DNA from: Mycobacteriales bacterium
Lineage (GTDB): Bacteria > Actinomycetota > Actinomycetes > Mycobacteriales > SCTD01
Direction: 5' to 3'
Assembly: GCA_046595815.1 (NCBI GenBank)
Contig: JBKJSN010000019.1
Coordinates: 4,936-68,935, forward strand
Length of the DNA: 64,000 bases
The notes beneath the pieces were generated by a model. The model saw only the letters and a program-made list of their open reading frames with translations. It was not told the DNA's origin and made no database searches. The position numbers were made by a program, and so were the translations under genes. Shown piece after piece: positions 40,669-50,013 of the stretch; positions within the stretch are counted from its first letter, which is position 1; each line of letters opens with the position of its first letter.

Positions 40669-42065
40669 GCCCCACGCGGCGGGTGCGCTCCGTCGCCCTC
40701 GTCGCTGCCGTCCTCACCGCTGCTGCGGTGGTAGGTGACAGCTGGGGGAACTCGCCCTGGTGGGCCATCCCGGCCCTCGCAGTCGCGGTGGCGCTGTCCG
40801 AGATCGCGGTCGTCAGCCTGCAGTTCGGCCGTCAGACCTGGGCCTTCTCCCTCACCGAGAGCGTCCTTGGCGCCGCCTGGGTCATGCACACGGGGGCCTG
40901 GTCGGTCTTCGGCGTGGCGATCGGCGTACTCGTGGCGCAGGTTGCTCTCAAGCGACCCCTCATCAAAAAGCAGTTCAACATCGCGATGTTCTCCTGCGCG
41001 ACGGCTCTCGGGTCCGTCGTAGCGGGGCTGACCGGCGGTCACACGGCTGGCGCCATCGCGGGCCTTGCGGTGTTCTTCCTGGTCAACCACACGCTGGTCG
41101 CGATGGCGGTCGCCGCAACGAGTCGACGACCACTTGTTCCGTTGCTGGTGAACTCCATGCCGCTGTCCGCCGTGCACATGGCGGGGAACAGCTCCATCGG
41201 CTTGCTGGCGGCCTTCCTCGCTGGTGCGGCGCCCTTCGGGCTCTTGGGCCTGCTTGTCCCGCTGGCGCTGCTGTGGTCCTCCTATGACCAGCAGACCCGG
41301 CGCAGCCAGGAGGCACGGCTGTTCGCGGAACTGGCCGCCGGCCAGGAGCGGGCGGCGGGGCGCTCGAGCGACGTGTCTGCCAAGGTGATCGTGACCGCCG
41401 CTGCCCGACTGTTCGGGGGAGCGGACGTCGAGATGGTCCTGCTCGCAGCTGACGGACCCGTTCGGTACGCCGGTGACGAGCTCACCGTGCCGCAGCGGCT
41501 GCGCGTGGATGCCGAGGTGTTCGACGAGCCCTGGGTGATGCGTGCTCTGGGCGAGCGAGGGGTAGCCACAGGCGTCGAGCACGGGCGCCCCTGGTGCTCG
41601 GCCCTGCTGGGTGACCCTGCGCAGCCGCAGGCCGTCCTCATCGCCCGTCGGCCGCTCGGATCGGCACCGTTCGGACGACGCGAGGTCCGCCTGGCAGAGG
41701 TGCTGGTGGGGCAAGCCGACTCCTGGCTGTCCGTCGCAGACCTGTCCGACCGTGCGCGTGAGGCGCAAAAGCACGTCGAGGTGGCCGAAGGCGCGGCGCG
41801 CGCTCTCGGTGACCTGGGTGCCGCCACGGCGCCCGCACTGCTCGTGCTGCGCGAGTCCGCTGACCGTCTCGCGCGGCTGGCGGAGAACGACGGCAGGGTG
41901 GACGACATCATCGATGAGCTCCAGCTGGTCGAGCGTGCTGTCGCCTCGCTGCTCGGGGCCGTTGCGCTTGCTGCTGACCCGGACCTGCTCGCCGCTGATG
42001 ACGGGAGGGCACCGCTGGCCGTGCGCCCCTCGACCGACTGGACCACGACCGGCGTCCTGCGATGA
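40665..42065 (+). CDS. Multi-pass membrane sensor-like protein (MASE-like N-terminus, GAF-like region, helical C-terminus without catalytic domain)
   Basis: GTGA overlap with the peptidase stop; about 7-8 hydrophobic segments with KQFNIA and FFLVNHTLV; FGRREVRLAEVLVGQA resembles a GAF C-terminal helix. Confidence 0.7.
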   Translation: MSPTRRVRSVALVAAVLTAAAVVGDSWGNSPWWAIPALAVAVALSEIAVVSLQFGRQTWAFSLTESVLGAAWVMHTGAWSVFGVAIGVLVAQVALKRPLIKKQFNIAMFSCATALGSVVAGLTGGHTAGAIAGLAVFFLVNHTLVAMAVAATSRRPLVPLLVNSMPLSAVHMAGNSSIGLLAAFLAGAAPFGLLGLLVPLALLWSSYDQQTRRSQEARLFAELAAGQERAAGRSSDVSAKVIVTAAARLFGGADVEMVLLAADGPVRYAGDELTVPQRLRVDAEVFDEPWVMRALGERGVATGVEHGRPWCSALLGDPAQPQAVLIARRPLGSAPFGRREVRLAEVLVGQADSWLSVADLSDRAREAQKHVEVAEGAARALGDLGAATAPALLVLRESADRLARLAENDGRVDDIIDELQLVERAVASLLGAVALAADPDLLAADDGRAPLAVRPSTDWTTTGVLR

Positions 42066-43186
42066 GGATCCGGTCCCGCGCCGGCATGCCGCTGGCCGTC
42101 TGGGCAGCGCTGCTCGGCGGCGGGGCCGTCTTCGTCGTGGTCGGCGTGGCCGGCGTGGTCGTGAGGACAAACACCGCGGCCATGCCCTGGGACGCCCTAG
42201 TTGCGGGCGCGGCTGCTGGCCTCGTCGTCGTCGCCGCCGCTGTGGTGGCAGCGGGCCGGCTTGCCGCGACGCTACGTGGCCTTCACGAGGACGCAGCACG
42301 GCGCCTCGCCGAGCCCGGTCTGCCTGTCAGCAGTACCCGACGCGTCATCACCGCCTCGAGCGTCGAGGTTGGCGAGTTGGCCCGGACACTGGACGCGCTG
42401 CACCTTCGCGTACGCATGGCTGATCAACTCGGTGAGCGTCACCGACGGGAGGCGGAGACTGCAGGCGCCGGAGTCTTTGAACTGCTCTCCGGCCTCGTGG
42501 CGGCAGAGGAAGGGGCGCGAGGCCAGCTCGCCGCTGAGCTCCACGACACGGTCGCCCAGTCACTGATGATCGCTCGAGGTCTGCTCGCTGCCGGACCCAC
42601 GTCGCCGCAGGACCTCGCCAAGCTCTCGGACTACGTCGAGGACGCAGAGGAGCAGGTTCGCGCGGTCATGGCCCGTACCCGCCCGCCGGCTCTCCGCGAT
42701 GGCGACCTTGCATCGGCAGTTGGTGCCTTGCGGTTGGACATGGGCGCGCGTTACGGCCTGCACGTCGATCTGGCGTGGCCCGACTCGCCGTACCCGCTTC
42801 CGCTTGCCAGCGCGATCACGGTGTACAGGTTCTTCCAGGAGGCCCTGCTCAACGTCGTCAAGCATGCCGACGTCGACGACGCTGTGGTGTCGTTGGAGGT
42901 GGACGAGAGCGCTGTGGTCGCCATCGTGCGGGACGAAGGCCCCGGGTTCGACCCGGACGCGGTCCGTCCCGACCGTGGCCGGCACGTGGGACTGGGGCTG
43001 CTCCGCGAGCGCGCCCGGCTCTCCGGCGGGTCGTTGGAGGTCGAGAGCCTGCGTGGTCACGGAACGACCCTGACCCTGCGGCTGCCGCGCCCCTCCGTGG
43101 CTGTGCCGGACAACATCCCCGTCCCCGAGAACATCGACGACGAGCTCGGGCTGCGCCGCCGGCTGACGGATCGCGCCGTCGGCTAA
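42062..43186 (+). CDS. HisKA_3 (NarX/DesK-type) sensor histidine kinase
   Basis: ATGA overlap; two TMs; H-box ELHDTVAQSL; N-box QEALLNVVKHA; DEGPGF; GLGL; GTT. Confidence 0.92.
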   Translation: MRIRSRAGMPLAVWAALLGGGAVFVVVGVAGVVVRTNTAAMPWDALVAGAAAGLVVVAAAVVAAGRLAATLRGLHEDAARRLAEPGLPVSSTRRVITASSVEVGELARTLDALHLRVRMADQLGERHRREAETAGAGVFELLSGLVAAEEGARGQLAAELHDTVAQSLMIARGLLAAGPTSPQDLAKLSDYVEDAEEQVRAVMARTRPPALRDGDLASAVGALRLDMGARYGLHVDLAWPDSPYPLPLASAITVYRFFQEALLNVVKHADVDDAVVSLEVDESAVVAIVRDEGPGFDPDAVRPDRGRHVGLGLLRERARLSGGSLEVESLRGHGTTLTLRLPRPSVAVPDNIPVPENIDDELGLRRRLTDRAVG

Positions 43187-43193
43187 CGGTGGG

Positions 43194-43787
43194 CTATGGC
43201 CGAGTGCGCAACGGGGTGATGCCGACCGGCGGCAGTCCCGCGGTCAGGCACAGCAGGTCGCACCAGGCCCGCAGGTGTACGGCGAGGTCCAGCGAGCCGT
43301 TGTCGGCGTGCAACGGGCTCCAGGAGGCGCGCAGCTCGACCTCGTTGGTCTCCTGAGGGTCATCCACGAGCCCGAAGGTCAGCGAGGCCGTCCGGGTCAC
43401 CGTGCCGCCCGCGGCGGTGTGCTGCGCACCCCGCTCGCGTAGCGCCTCCGTAAGCCAGCTCCAGCCGACCTCTGCCAGAGCCGGGTCGCGCGCCATCTCG
43501 GGGTCGACGTCCGCGCTGACGAAGGCAACGACTCGCGTGTCGCCGCGCCAGCCCGGCTGGCCGGCCGGATCGTGAAGCACCACGAAGCGGCCCGTCGCGA
43601 CGTCATCGCCGTCCACGAGCACCTCTGCGCTGTAGGCCGCGGAGTAAGGCGCCAGCCGGCGCGGCGCAGGTACCTCGTGCAGCGTCAACGTGCCGGGGCG
43701 CTGGGCGTCTGACAGCGCGGCCTGCAGCCCGGTCAGTGCCTGTGCGAACACGCTCGGAGGTCCTGCGGGTTCGAGCGGTGCGGTCAC
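43194..43787 (-). CDS. DUF3000-family protein
   Basis: PAPRRLAP, GRFVVLHDP, VGWSWL, GTVTR, ELRASW, GLPP. Confidence 0.88.
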   Translation of the reverse strand: MTAPLEPAGPPSVFAQALTGLQAALSDAQRPGTLTLHEVPAPRRLAPYSAAYSAEVLVDGDDVATGRFVVLHDPAGQPGWRGDTRVVAFVSADVDPEMARDPALAEVGWSWLTEALRERGAQHTAAGGTVTRTASLTFGLVDDPQETNEVELRASWSPLHADNGSLDLAVHLRAWCDLLCLTAGLPPVGITPLRTRP

Positions 43788-43844
43788 CTGCCCACGGTAG
43801 GTCGGCGGCAGCCTCCCGTCGCGCCAACGCGCCGCACTCCTAGG

Positions 43845-44678
43845 GTGTCCGGCGTGGTTGCCGTTCTTGCGCTGCTCTCCAGCCTGCTGTGGGGCGCCGC
43901 CGACTTCCTAGGGGGTACGGCGACCAGACGGCTCTCTGCCGTGCTGGTCGTTTTCCTGTCCCAGCTCACGGCCCTGCTGGTCTTGCTCCCGCTGGCCCTG
44001 CTCCTCGGCGACAGGCCGGACCACCTGTGGGCCGCTCCGCTCGCCGGCGTCGCTGTCGCGCTGGGGCTTGCGGCCTTCTATGCCGCCCTCTCCCTCGGGA
44101 CGATGGGCGTGGTCGCCCCGATCGCCGCGACCGGCGCCATCGTGCCGGTGCTCGTCGGCCTGGCACGAGGCGAGAGCCCCTCGGCCCTGCAGGTCTTGGG
44201 GATCGCGATATCCCTGTTTGGCGTGGTTCTCGCCAGCGGGCCCGAGCTCACCGGAGGGGCGTCCGCCAGGCCGCTCGTCCTGGCGGGGGTGTCGGCGCTG
44301 TGCTTCGGCGCGGTCGTGGCCCTGCTCGCCGAGGGCAGCAAGGGTGGGTCGGGTGCCGCGCTGGTGACCCTGCTGGTCATGCGCGTCGTCACGGTCGCGG
44401 TCATGGGCTGGGTGCTGGTGATCCGGCGTCCAGGCGGAGGGATGCGCGGCAACGCGCGGGTGCTGGTCGCGATCGGAGTGCTCGACGTCGGAGCCAACGC
44501 GGCCTTCGCCTTCGCCTCGCGGGGCGGCCTGCTCAGCGTCGTCGCGGTGCTGGGCTCGCTCTACCCCGTTGTGACGGTCCTGCTGGCCCGCCAGGTGCAC
44601 GGCGAGCGGCTCAAGCCGATCCAGGGCCTCGGAGTCATGGTGGCACTCGGGGGCGTGGTCCTGCTCACCGCAGGCTGA
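43845..44678 (+). CDS. DMT/EamA-family transporter
   Basis: WGAADFLGG, MGVVAPI, SLYPVVTV; about 10 TMs. Confidence 0.88.
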   Translation: MSGVVAVLALLSSLLWGAADFLGGTATRRLSAVLVVFLSQLTALLVLLPLALLLGDRPDHLWAAPLAGVAVALGLAAFYAALSLGTMGVVAPIAATGAIVPVLVGLARGESPSALQVLGIAISLFGVVLASGPELTGGASARPLVLAGVSALCFGAVVALLAEGSKGGSGAALVTLLVMRVVTVAVMGWVLVIRRPGGGMRGNARVLVAIGVLDVGANAAFAFASRGGLLSVVAVLGSLYPVVTVLLARQVHGERLKPIQGLGVMVALGGVVLLTAG

Positions 44679-44686
44679 ACCGGGAC

Positions 44687-44851
44687 TTAGGCGGCGTGCT
44701 CCTCGCGGGCCTCGAGCTCGCCGAGCAGCAGTCCGCCCAGGCTCAGGGCTGCGCCGCACAGGACGCACATGAGGTCAAGATCGCTCTCGCCGCCCAGGTC
44801 GGGGACGTTCACGAGAAGGCCGTCGCAGTCGCTGCAGATTCGTTCGTTCAT
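44687..44851 (-). CDS. Small Cys4 zinc-ribbon protein
   Basis: 54 aa, CSDC...CVLC. Confidence 0.55.
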   Translation of the reverse strand: MNERICSDCDGLLVNVPDLGGESDLDLMCVLCGAALSLGGLLLGELEAREEHAA

Positions 44852-44940
44852 GCCCCGAACCGTGCCACGCCCCTGTGACAGAACGGGGGAGGCCGCGCGA
44901 ACGGACAAGCCCGTGCAGCCTCCCGGCTAGCCTCGCTCGG

Positions 44941-45960
44941 GTGAGCGCTGCCCTCTCCCCGTTTCTCGCCGCCTGTCGTCGCGAGCCTGTCCCGCACACC
45001 CCCGTGTGGTTCATGCGACAGGCCGGCCGTGCCCTCCCGGAGTACCGCAAGCTGCGCGAGGGCATCCCGATGCTCGAATCGTGCTTCCGGCCGGACCTCG
45101 TCACCGAGATCACCCTGCAGCCGGTACGCCGGTTCGGCGTCGACGCGGCGATCTTCTTCAGCGACATCGTCGTGCCGCTGAAGGCCGTCGGGGTCGACCT
45201 CGACATCGTCGCGGGGGTCGGCCCGGTCGTCGCCAAGCCCTTCGCCGACAAGACCGACCTTGACCGCTTGCCTGCGCTGACCGCCGTACCCGAGGTGACG
45301 GAGGCCGTGAAGCTGCTCGTCGCCGAGCTCGGGGCCACGCCGCTCATCGGCTTCGCGGGCGCGCCGTTCACCCTCGCCTCCTACCTCGTCGAGGGCGGAC
45401 CGTCGAAGGATCAGCGCAAGACCAAGGCACTGATGTACGGCGACCCCCAGCTGTGGGACGCCCTCATGACCAGGCTCGCCGACATCACCCTGGCGTTCCT
45501 GCGGGTGCAGATCGACGCCGGTGCCTCAGCAGTGCAGCTGTTCGACTCGTGGGTGGGCGCCCTGCCGGTGGAGGACTACCGCCGCTTCGTGGCCCCCCAC
45601 TCCGCCCGGATCCTCGCCGGCGTGGCCGACGTGCCGCGCATCCACTTCGGAGTCGGCACGGGGGAGCTGCTGCACGACATGGGGGCGGTCGGTGCCGACG
45701 TGGTCGGGGTCGACTTCCGCGTGGCGCTCGATGACGCCGTACGCCGGATCGGCCCAGGCAAGGCGGTGCAGGGCAACCTCGACCCGACGGCGGTCTTCGC
45801 GCCGTGGGGGGTGCTCGAGGGGCTCGTCGACCGGGTGCTCGCGCAGGGAGCGGCCGCAGAGGGGCATGTTTTCAACCTCGGGCACGGGGTGCTCCCCGAG
45901 ACCGACCCCGACGTGCTGACGCGGATCGTGGCGCACGTGCACGAGGCGTCCGCTCGCTGA
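44941..45960 (+). CDS. hemE: Uroporphyrinogen decarboxylase
   Basis: [48 protein letters not shown]. Confidence 0.96.
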   Translation: MSAALSPFLAACRREPVPHTPVWFMRQAGRALPEYRKLREGIPMLESCFRPDLVTEITLQPVRRFGVDAAIFFSDIVVPLKAVGVDLDIVAGVGPVVAKPFADKTDLDRLPALTAVPEVTEAVKLLVAELGATPLIGFAGAPFTLASYLVEGGPSKDQRKTKALMYGDPQLWDALMTRLADITLAFLRVQIDAGASAVQLFDSWVGALPVEDYRRFVAPHSARILAGVADVPRIHFGVGTGELLHDMGAVGADVVGVDFRVALDDAVRRIGPGKAVQGNLDPTAVFAPWGVLEGLVDRVLAQGAAAEGHVFNLGHGVLPETDPDVLTRIVAHVHEASAR

Positions 45961-45974
45961 TCCCGCGCTGACTG

Positions 45975-47513
45975 TCAGATGTCGCGGAAGGGCTCGATCT
46001 GGGCGCCGAGGCTGGACAGGCGTGCCGCCAGGTCCTCATAGCCGCGGTCGATGACGTAGACGTTGCGCAGCACGCTGGTGCCCTTGGCCGCGAGCATGGC
46101 GAGCAGGATCACGACGGCCGGTCGCAGCGCCGGGGGGCACATGACCTCGGCCGCGGACCAGTGGGTCGGGCCGTCGATCCAGATGCGGTGCGGGTCGAGC
46201 AGCGTCACACGGCCGCCGAGCCGGTTGAGTTCGGTGAGGTAGATCGCCCGGTTCTCATAGACCCAGTCGTGGATGAGCGTTCGGCCGTGCGCCGAGGCCG
46301 CGATGACGGCGAAGAACGGCACGTTGTCGATGTTCAGGCCGGGGAACGGCATCGGGTGGATCTTGTCGAGCGGCGCCCGGAGCTGGGACGGGGTGGTGGT
46401 GACGTCGACGAGTCGGGTCCGACCGTTCTCCGCGGGGTACTCCTGCGACAGCTGCATGTGGCAGCCCATTTCTTCGAGGACCGCGAGCTCGACCTCGAGG
46501 AATTCGATGGGTACCCGCCGTACCTCGATCTGGGAGCCCGTCACGATGGCTGCAGTCAGCAGCGACATCGCCTCGATCGGGTCCTCGGAGGGGGCGTACT
46601 CGACATCGACATCGATCTGGGACCGGCCGTGCACCGTCAGGGTCGTGGTGCCGACGCCGTCGACCTGCACCCCGAGCAGATCGAGGTAGAAGCACAGGTC
46701 CTGGACCATGTAGTTGCTGCTCGCGTTGCGGATGACCGTGACCTGGTCGAGCCGGGCCGCGGCCATGAGGGCGTTCTCGGTCACGGTGTCGCCGCGCTCG
46801 GTGAGCACGATCGGCCGCGTGGGGAACTGGCCGACGTCGCGGGTCACGTTGTAGGAGCCCTCGGTCGCCACCACCTTCACGCCGAACGGCCGCAGCGCGG
46901 ACTTGTGCGGCTCGACGGTGCGGGTGCCGAGGTCGCAGCCCCCGGCGTACGGCAGCTGGAAGTCGTGCTCGCGGTGCAGCAAGGGGCCGAGCAGCAGCAG
47001 GACAGAGCGGGTACGGCGAGCGGCCGTCGCGTCGAGGCTGTCCAGCGCCAGCTGGGCCGGGGGCTGGAGCGTCAGGTCGTCGCCGCTCCAGGACGCCTCG
47101 ACGCCGATGCTGCGCAGCACCTCCAGGATCCGGTTGACCTCCTCGATCCGGGCCACGCCCCGAAGGGTGGTGCGGCCGGCGTTCAGCAGGGAGGCACACA
47201 GCAGCGCGACAGCGGCGTTCTTGCTGCTCTTGACCTCGATGGAGCCGGATAGGCGCTGCCCGCCGACGACGCGAAGATGAGTGGGGCCTGAGTGTCCGAG
47301 TTGCACTAGACCAGCGTCGAGGGCGGTACCTATGCGCGCCAGGATCTCCAGGGAGACGTTCTGCTTGCCCTGCTCGATGCGGGCCACTGCGCTCTGGCTC
47401 GTGGCAAGCGCGTCGGCCAGCTGCGACTGGGTCCAGCCTCGGTGCTTGCGCGCGTCGCGCACGAGGGCGCCGATCTGCTGCAGGTAGTCGTACTGCGGGT
47501 CTGACTCAGTCAT
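45975..47513 (-). CDS. XRE-family HTH fused to MurA-like enolpyruvyl transferase
   Basis: RGWTQSQLA...SQSAVARIEQG HTH, then SKNAAV, GGCDLGTR, TENALMAA, PFPG, YENR, LR, IDRGYE. Confidence 0.88.
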   Translation of the reverse strand: MTESDPQYDYLQQIGALVRDARKHRGWTQSQLADALATSQSAVARIEQGKQNVSLEILARIGTALDAGLVQLGHSGPTHLRVVGGQRLSGSIEVKSSKNAAVALLCASLLNAGRTTLRGVARIEEVNRILEVLRSIGVEASWSGDDLTLQPPAQLALDSLDATAARRTRSVLLLLGPLLHREHDFQLPYAGGCDLGTRTVEPHKSALRPFGVKVVATEGSYNVTRDVGQFPTRPIVLTERGDTVTENALMAAARLDQVTVIRNASSNYMVQDLCFYLDLLGVQVDGVGTTTLTVHGRSQIDVDVEYAPSEDPIEAMSLLTAAIVTGSQIEVRRVPIEFLEVELAVLEEMGCHMQLSQEYPAENGRTRLVDVTTTPSQLRAPLDKIHPMPFPGLNIDNVPFFAVIAASAHGRTLIHDWVYENRAIYLTELNRLGGRVTLLDPHRIWIDGPTHWSAAEVMCPPALRPAVVILLAMLAAKGTSVLRNVYVIDRGYEDLAARLSSLGAQIEPFRDI

Positions 47514-47523
47514 CGAAGCACCT

Positions 47524-47541
47524 TATCTCACATGTGAGATA
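47524..47541. promoter_or_regulatory. Perfect 18-bp palindrome TATCTCACATGTGAGATA (candidate operator)
   Basis: Self-reverse-complementary, AT-rich in a GC-rich background, 10 bp upstream of the HTH-MurA start. Confidence 0.75.
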
Positions 47542-47595
47542 CCAGACGGATCGCCTGGTTCCGGGCGGCTCGAGCCGTGCCGATAGCCTTGCCGC

Positions 47596-48183
47596 ATGGC
47601 ACGCACGGCGGTGATCACCCGCACGACCAAGGAGAGCGACGTCCGCGTCGAGCTCGACCTCGACGGCACGGGGCAGGGCAGCTCTGACACCGGCGTGCCC
47701 TTCTTCGACCACATGGTCAGCCAACTAGGGCGACACGGGGGCTTCGACCTCACCGTCAAGACCGAGGGCGACCTGCACATCGACGCCCATCACACCGTCG
47801 AGGACACCTCGCTGGCGATCGGCCAGGCCCTCAAAGAGGCTCTCGGGGACAAGGCGGGCATCCGCCGGTTCGGTGATGCGCTCGTGCCGCTCGATGAGTG
47901 CCTCGTGCAGGCGGCCGTGGACCTCTCTGGCCGGCCATACCTGGTCCACGAGGAGCCCGACATGGTCGAGCTCATCGGCTCCTACGACACCACCTTGACC
48001 AAGCACATCTGGGAGTCCCTCGTAGCCACCAGCGGGATCGCCCTGCACGTGCGCGTGCTGAGCGGTCGCAACGCCCACCACATCGTCGAGACGCAGTTCA
48101 AGGCCGTCGCCCGCGCCCTGCGGGCCGCCTGCGAGCTCGACCCGCGCGTGACGGGAGTGCCCAGCACCAAGGGCGTGCTGTGA
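47596..48183 (+). CDS. hisB: Imidazoleglycerol-phosphate dehydratase
   Basis: [27 protein letters not shown]. Confidence 0.96.
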   Translation: MARTAVITRTTKESDVRVELDLDGTGQGSSDTGVPFFDHMVSQLGRHGGFDLTVKTEGDLHIDAHHTVEDTSLAIGQALKEALGDKAGIRRFGDALVPLDECLVQAAVDLSGRPYLVHEEPDMVELIGSYDTTLTKHIWESLVATSGIALHVRVLSGRNAHHIVETQFKAVARALRAACELDPRVTGVPSTKGVL

Positions 48184-48794
48184 CCCGTGCGGCCAAGGTG
48201 GTGGTCCTCGACTACGGGTCGGGGAACCTCCGCTCCGCCGAGCGGGCGCTCGCCCGCACCGGCGCCGAGGTCACCGTGACCGCCGACCTGGACGCTGCCG
48301 CGGCCGCGGATGGCCTTGTCGTACCCGGTGTGGGTGCGTTCGCCGCGTGCATGCAGGGGCTCAATGCGGTGCGCGGCGGCACCGTCATCTGGGACCGCCT
48401 CCGCAAGCAGCGCCCGGTGCTCGGGATCTGTGTCGGCATGCAGGTGCTGTTCGAGCGTGGGCTGGAGCACGGCACCGAGACCCCGGGGCTGGGGGTGCTC
48501 GCCGGCGACGTCAGCAGGATCGAGGCACCGGTCGTGCCGCACATGGGCTGGAACACCGTGTCGGTCCCCGAGGGCAGCGAGCTGTTCAAGGGCGTCGAGG
48601 GCGAGCGCTTCTACTTCGTGCACTCCTACGCCGCTCGCGAGGTCCCCGACGTGCTGCTCACGACCGCGACTCACGGCGCCACGACCTTCGCGGCAGCGGT
48701 GGAGCGCGGGCCGCTGAGCGCGACGCAGTTCCACCCCGAGAAGAGCGGCGACGCGGGCGCACAGCTGCTGGAGAACTGGGTGCGTGCCTTATGA
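48180..48794 (+). CDS. hisH: Imidazole glycerol phosphate synthase, glutaminase subunit
   Basis: DYGSGNL, PGVGAF, GICVGMQ, PHMGWN, YFVHSY, QFHPEKS. Confidence 0.96.
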   Translation: MTRAAKVVVLDYGSGNLRSAERALARTGAEVTVTADLDAAAAADGLVVPGVGAFAACMQGLNAVRGGTVIWDRLRKQRPVLGICVGMQVLFERGLEHGTETPGLGVLAGDVSRIEAPVVPHMGWNTVSVPEGSELFKGVEGERFYFVHSYAAREVPDVLLTTATHGATTFAAAVERGPLSATQFHPEKSGDAGAQLLENWVRAL

Positions 48795-48818
48795 GTCAGG
48801 TGCGTGCCTTATGAGTCA
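48779..48818. repeat. Exact 20-bp tandem duplication GGTGCGTGCCTTATGAGTCA x2
   Basis: Read directly; spans the hisH stop/next start ATGA overlap. Confidence 0.95.
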
Positions 48819-49122
48819 AGAGCGTCGCAGGGCGCGGGAAGCCCGGGAGGCCGCCCGCCGTCGGCACCTGGAGACCGCGGCCTCGTCGCGGGCTCGGCAG
48901 GCGCGCAGGGCCGAGGTGCGCGACCGGCTGCGCCCGAGCCTGCCGCGGCGACGGCGCCGCTTCGGCCAGCTGACGACGCGCGCGCTCGTGCAGGTCGTGG
49001 CGCTCTACCTCGGCGTACAAGCGCTTGTGTGGCTGTTTGTGCCTGACCTTCGGACGCGCCTGGCCCTGGCCGTCGTGTCCCTCGCTTTTCTCGCCATACT
49101 CGTCCGCACCCGAAAGCGATGA
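48811..49122 (+). CDS. Hypothetical Arg-rich two-TM membrane protein
   Basis: [12 protein letters not shown]..., two C-terminal hydrophobic helices; between hisH and priA. Confidence 0.7.
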   Translation: MSQERRRAREAREAARRRHLETAASSRARQARRAEVRDRLRPSLPRRRRRFGQLTTRALVQVVALYLGVQALVWLFVPDLRTRLALAVVSLAFLAILVRTRKR

Positions 49123-49126
49123 CCGC

Positions 49127-49846
49127 ATGAGCCTTGAGCTGCTACCCGCCGTTGACGTCGCGCAGGGGCAGGCAGTCCGCCTCGTGCAGGGCGAGGCTGG
49201 GTCGGAGACGTCCTACGGCGACCCCGTCGAGGCTGCCCTGCAGTGGCAGCGCGACGGTGCCGAGTGGGTCCACCTCGTGGATCTCGATGCTGCCTTCGGG
49301 CGGGGCTCCAACCGAGACCTGCTCGCCGAGGTCGTCGGCACGCTCGACGTCAAGGTCGAGATGAGCGGCGGCATCCGCGACGACGCCTCGCTGGAGGCAG
49401 CCCTCGCCACCGGCTGCGCCCGGGTCAACCTGGGCACCGCTGCCCTGGAGTCACCCGACTGGGTCCGCTCGGCCATCGCCAGGTACGGCGAGAAGATCGC
49501 CGTCGGACTGGACGTCCGCGGGACCACCCTGTCCGCGCGCGGCTGGACCCAGGACGGCGGCGAGCTGTTCGAGGTGCTGGCCCGGCTCGACGCCGACGGC
49601 TGCGCCCGCTACGTCGTCACCGACGTACGCCGGGACGGCACCCTGACCGGCCCCAACCTCGAGCTGCTCGCCCAGGTCACGGCGGCGACGAACCGGCCGG
49701 TGGTCGCCAGCGGCGGCGTCTCCTCGCTCGCGGACCTGGTGGCGATCGCCGCCGTACCCGGGGTCGAGGGCGCCATCGTCGGGAAGGCGCTGTACGCCGG
49801 GGCCTTCACCCTGCCTGAGGCGCTCGCCGCCGTGCACCGTTCGTGA
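49127..49846 (+). CDS. priA: Bifunctional HisA/TrpF phosphoribosyl isomerase
   Basis: [43 protein letters not shown]. Confidence 0.94.
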   Translation: MSLELLPAVDVAQGQAVRLVQGEAGSETSYGDPVEAALQWQRDGAEWVHLVDLDAAFGRGSNRDLLAEVVGTLDVKVEMSGGIRDDASLEAALATGCARVNLGTAALESPDWVRSAIARYGEKIAVGLDVRGTTLSARGWTQDGGELFEVLARLDADGCARYVVTDVRRDGTLTGPNLELLAQVTAATNRPVVASGGVSSLADLVAIAAVPGVEGAIVGKALYAGAFTLPEALAAVHRS

Positions 49847-50013
49847 AGCTTTGGTGACGGACTCCCGACTGCGCCGTTGACGCGCTGGCTGTCGCGTGTT
49901 CTGCTCCCCGCGACCCGTCGGGGGGATGGGTCCGGGGAAGCGCGGCAGGAGCCGGTCGTCGGAGCCATGGGCTCCGGTGCCGAGTGCGGGGGCTGCGCCG
50001 AAAGGAGCGCACC

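Noticed and set aside
49990-50012. GCGCCGAAAGGAGC resembling part of a glycine riboswitch
   Set aside because: The other conserved elements (GGAGA, CTCTCAGG) are absent and the downstream gene is unrelated.
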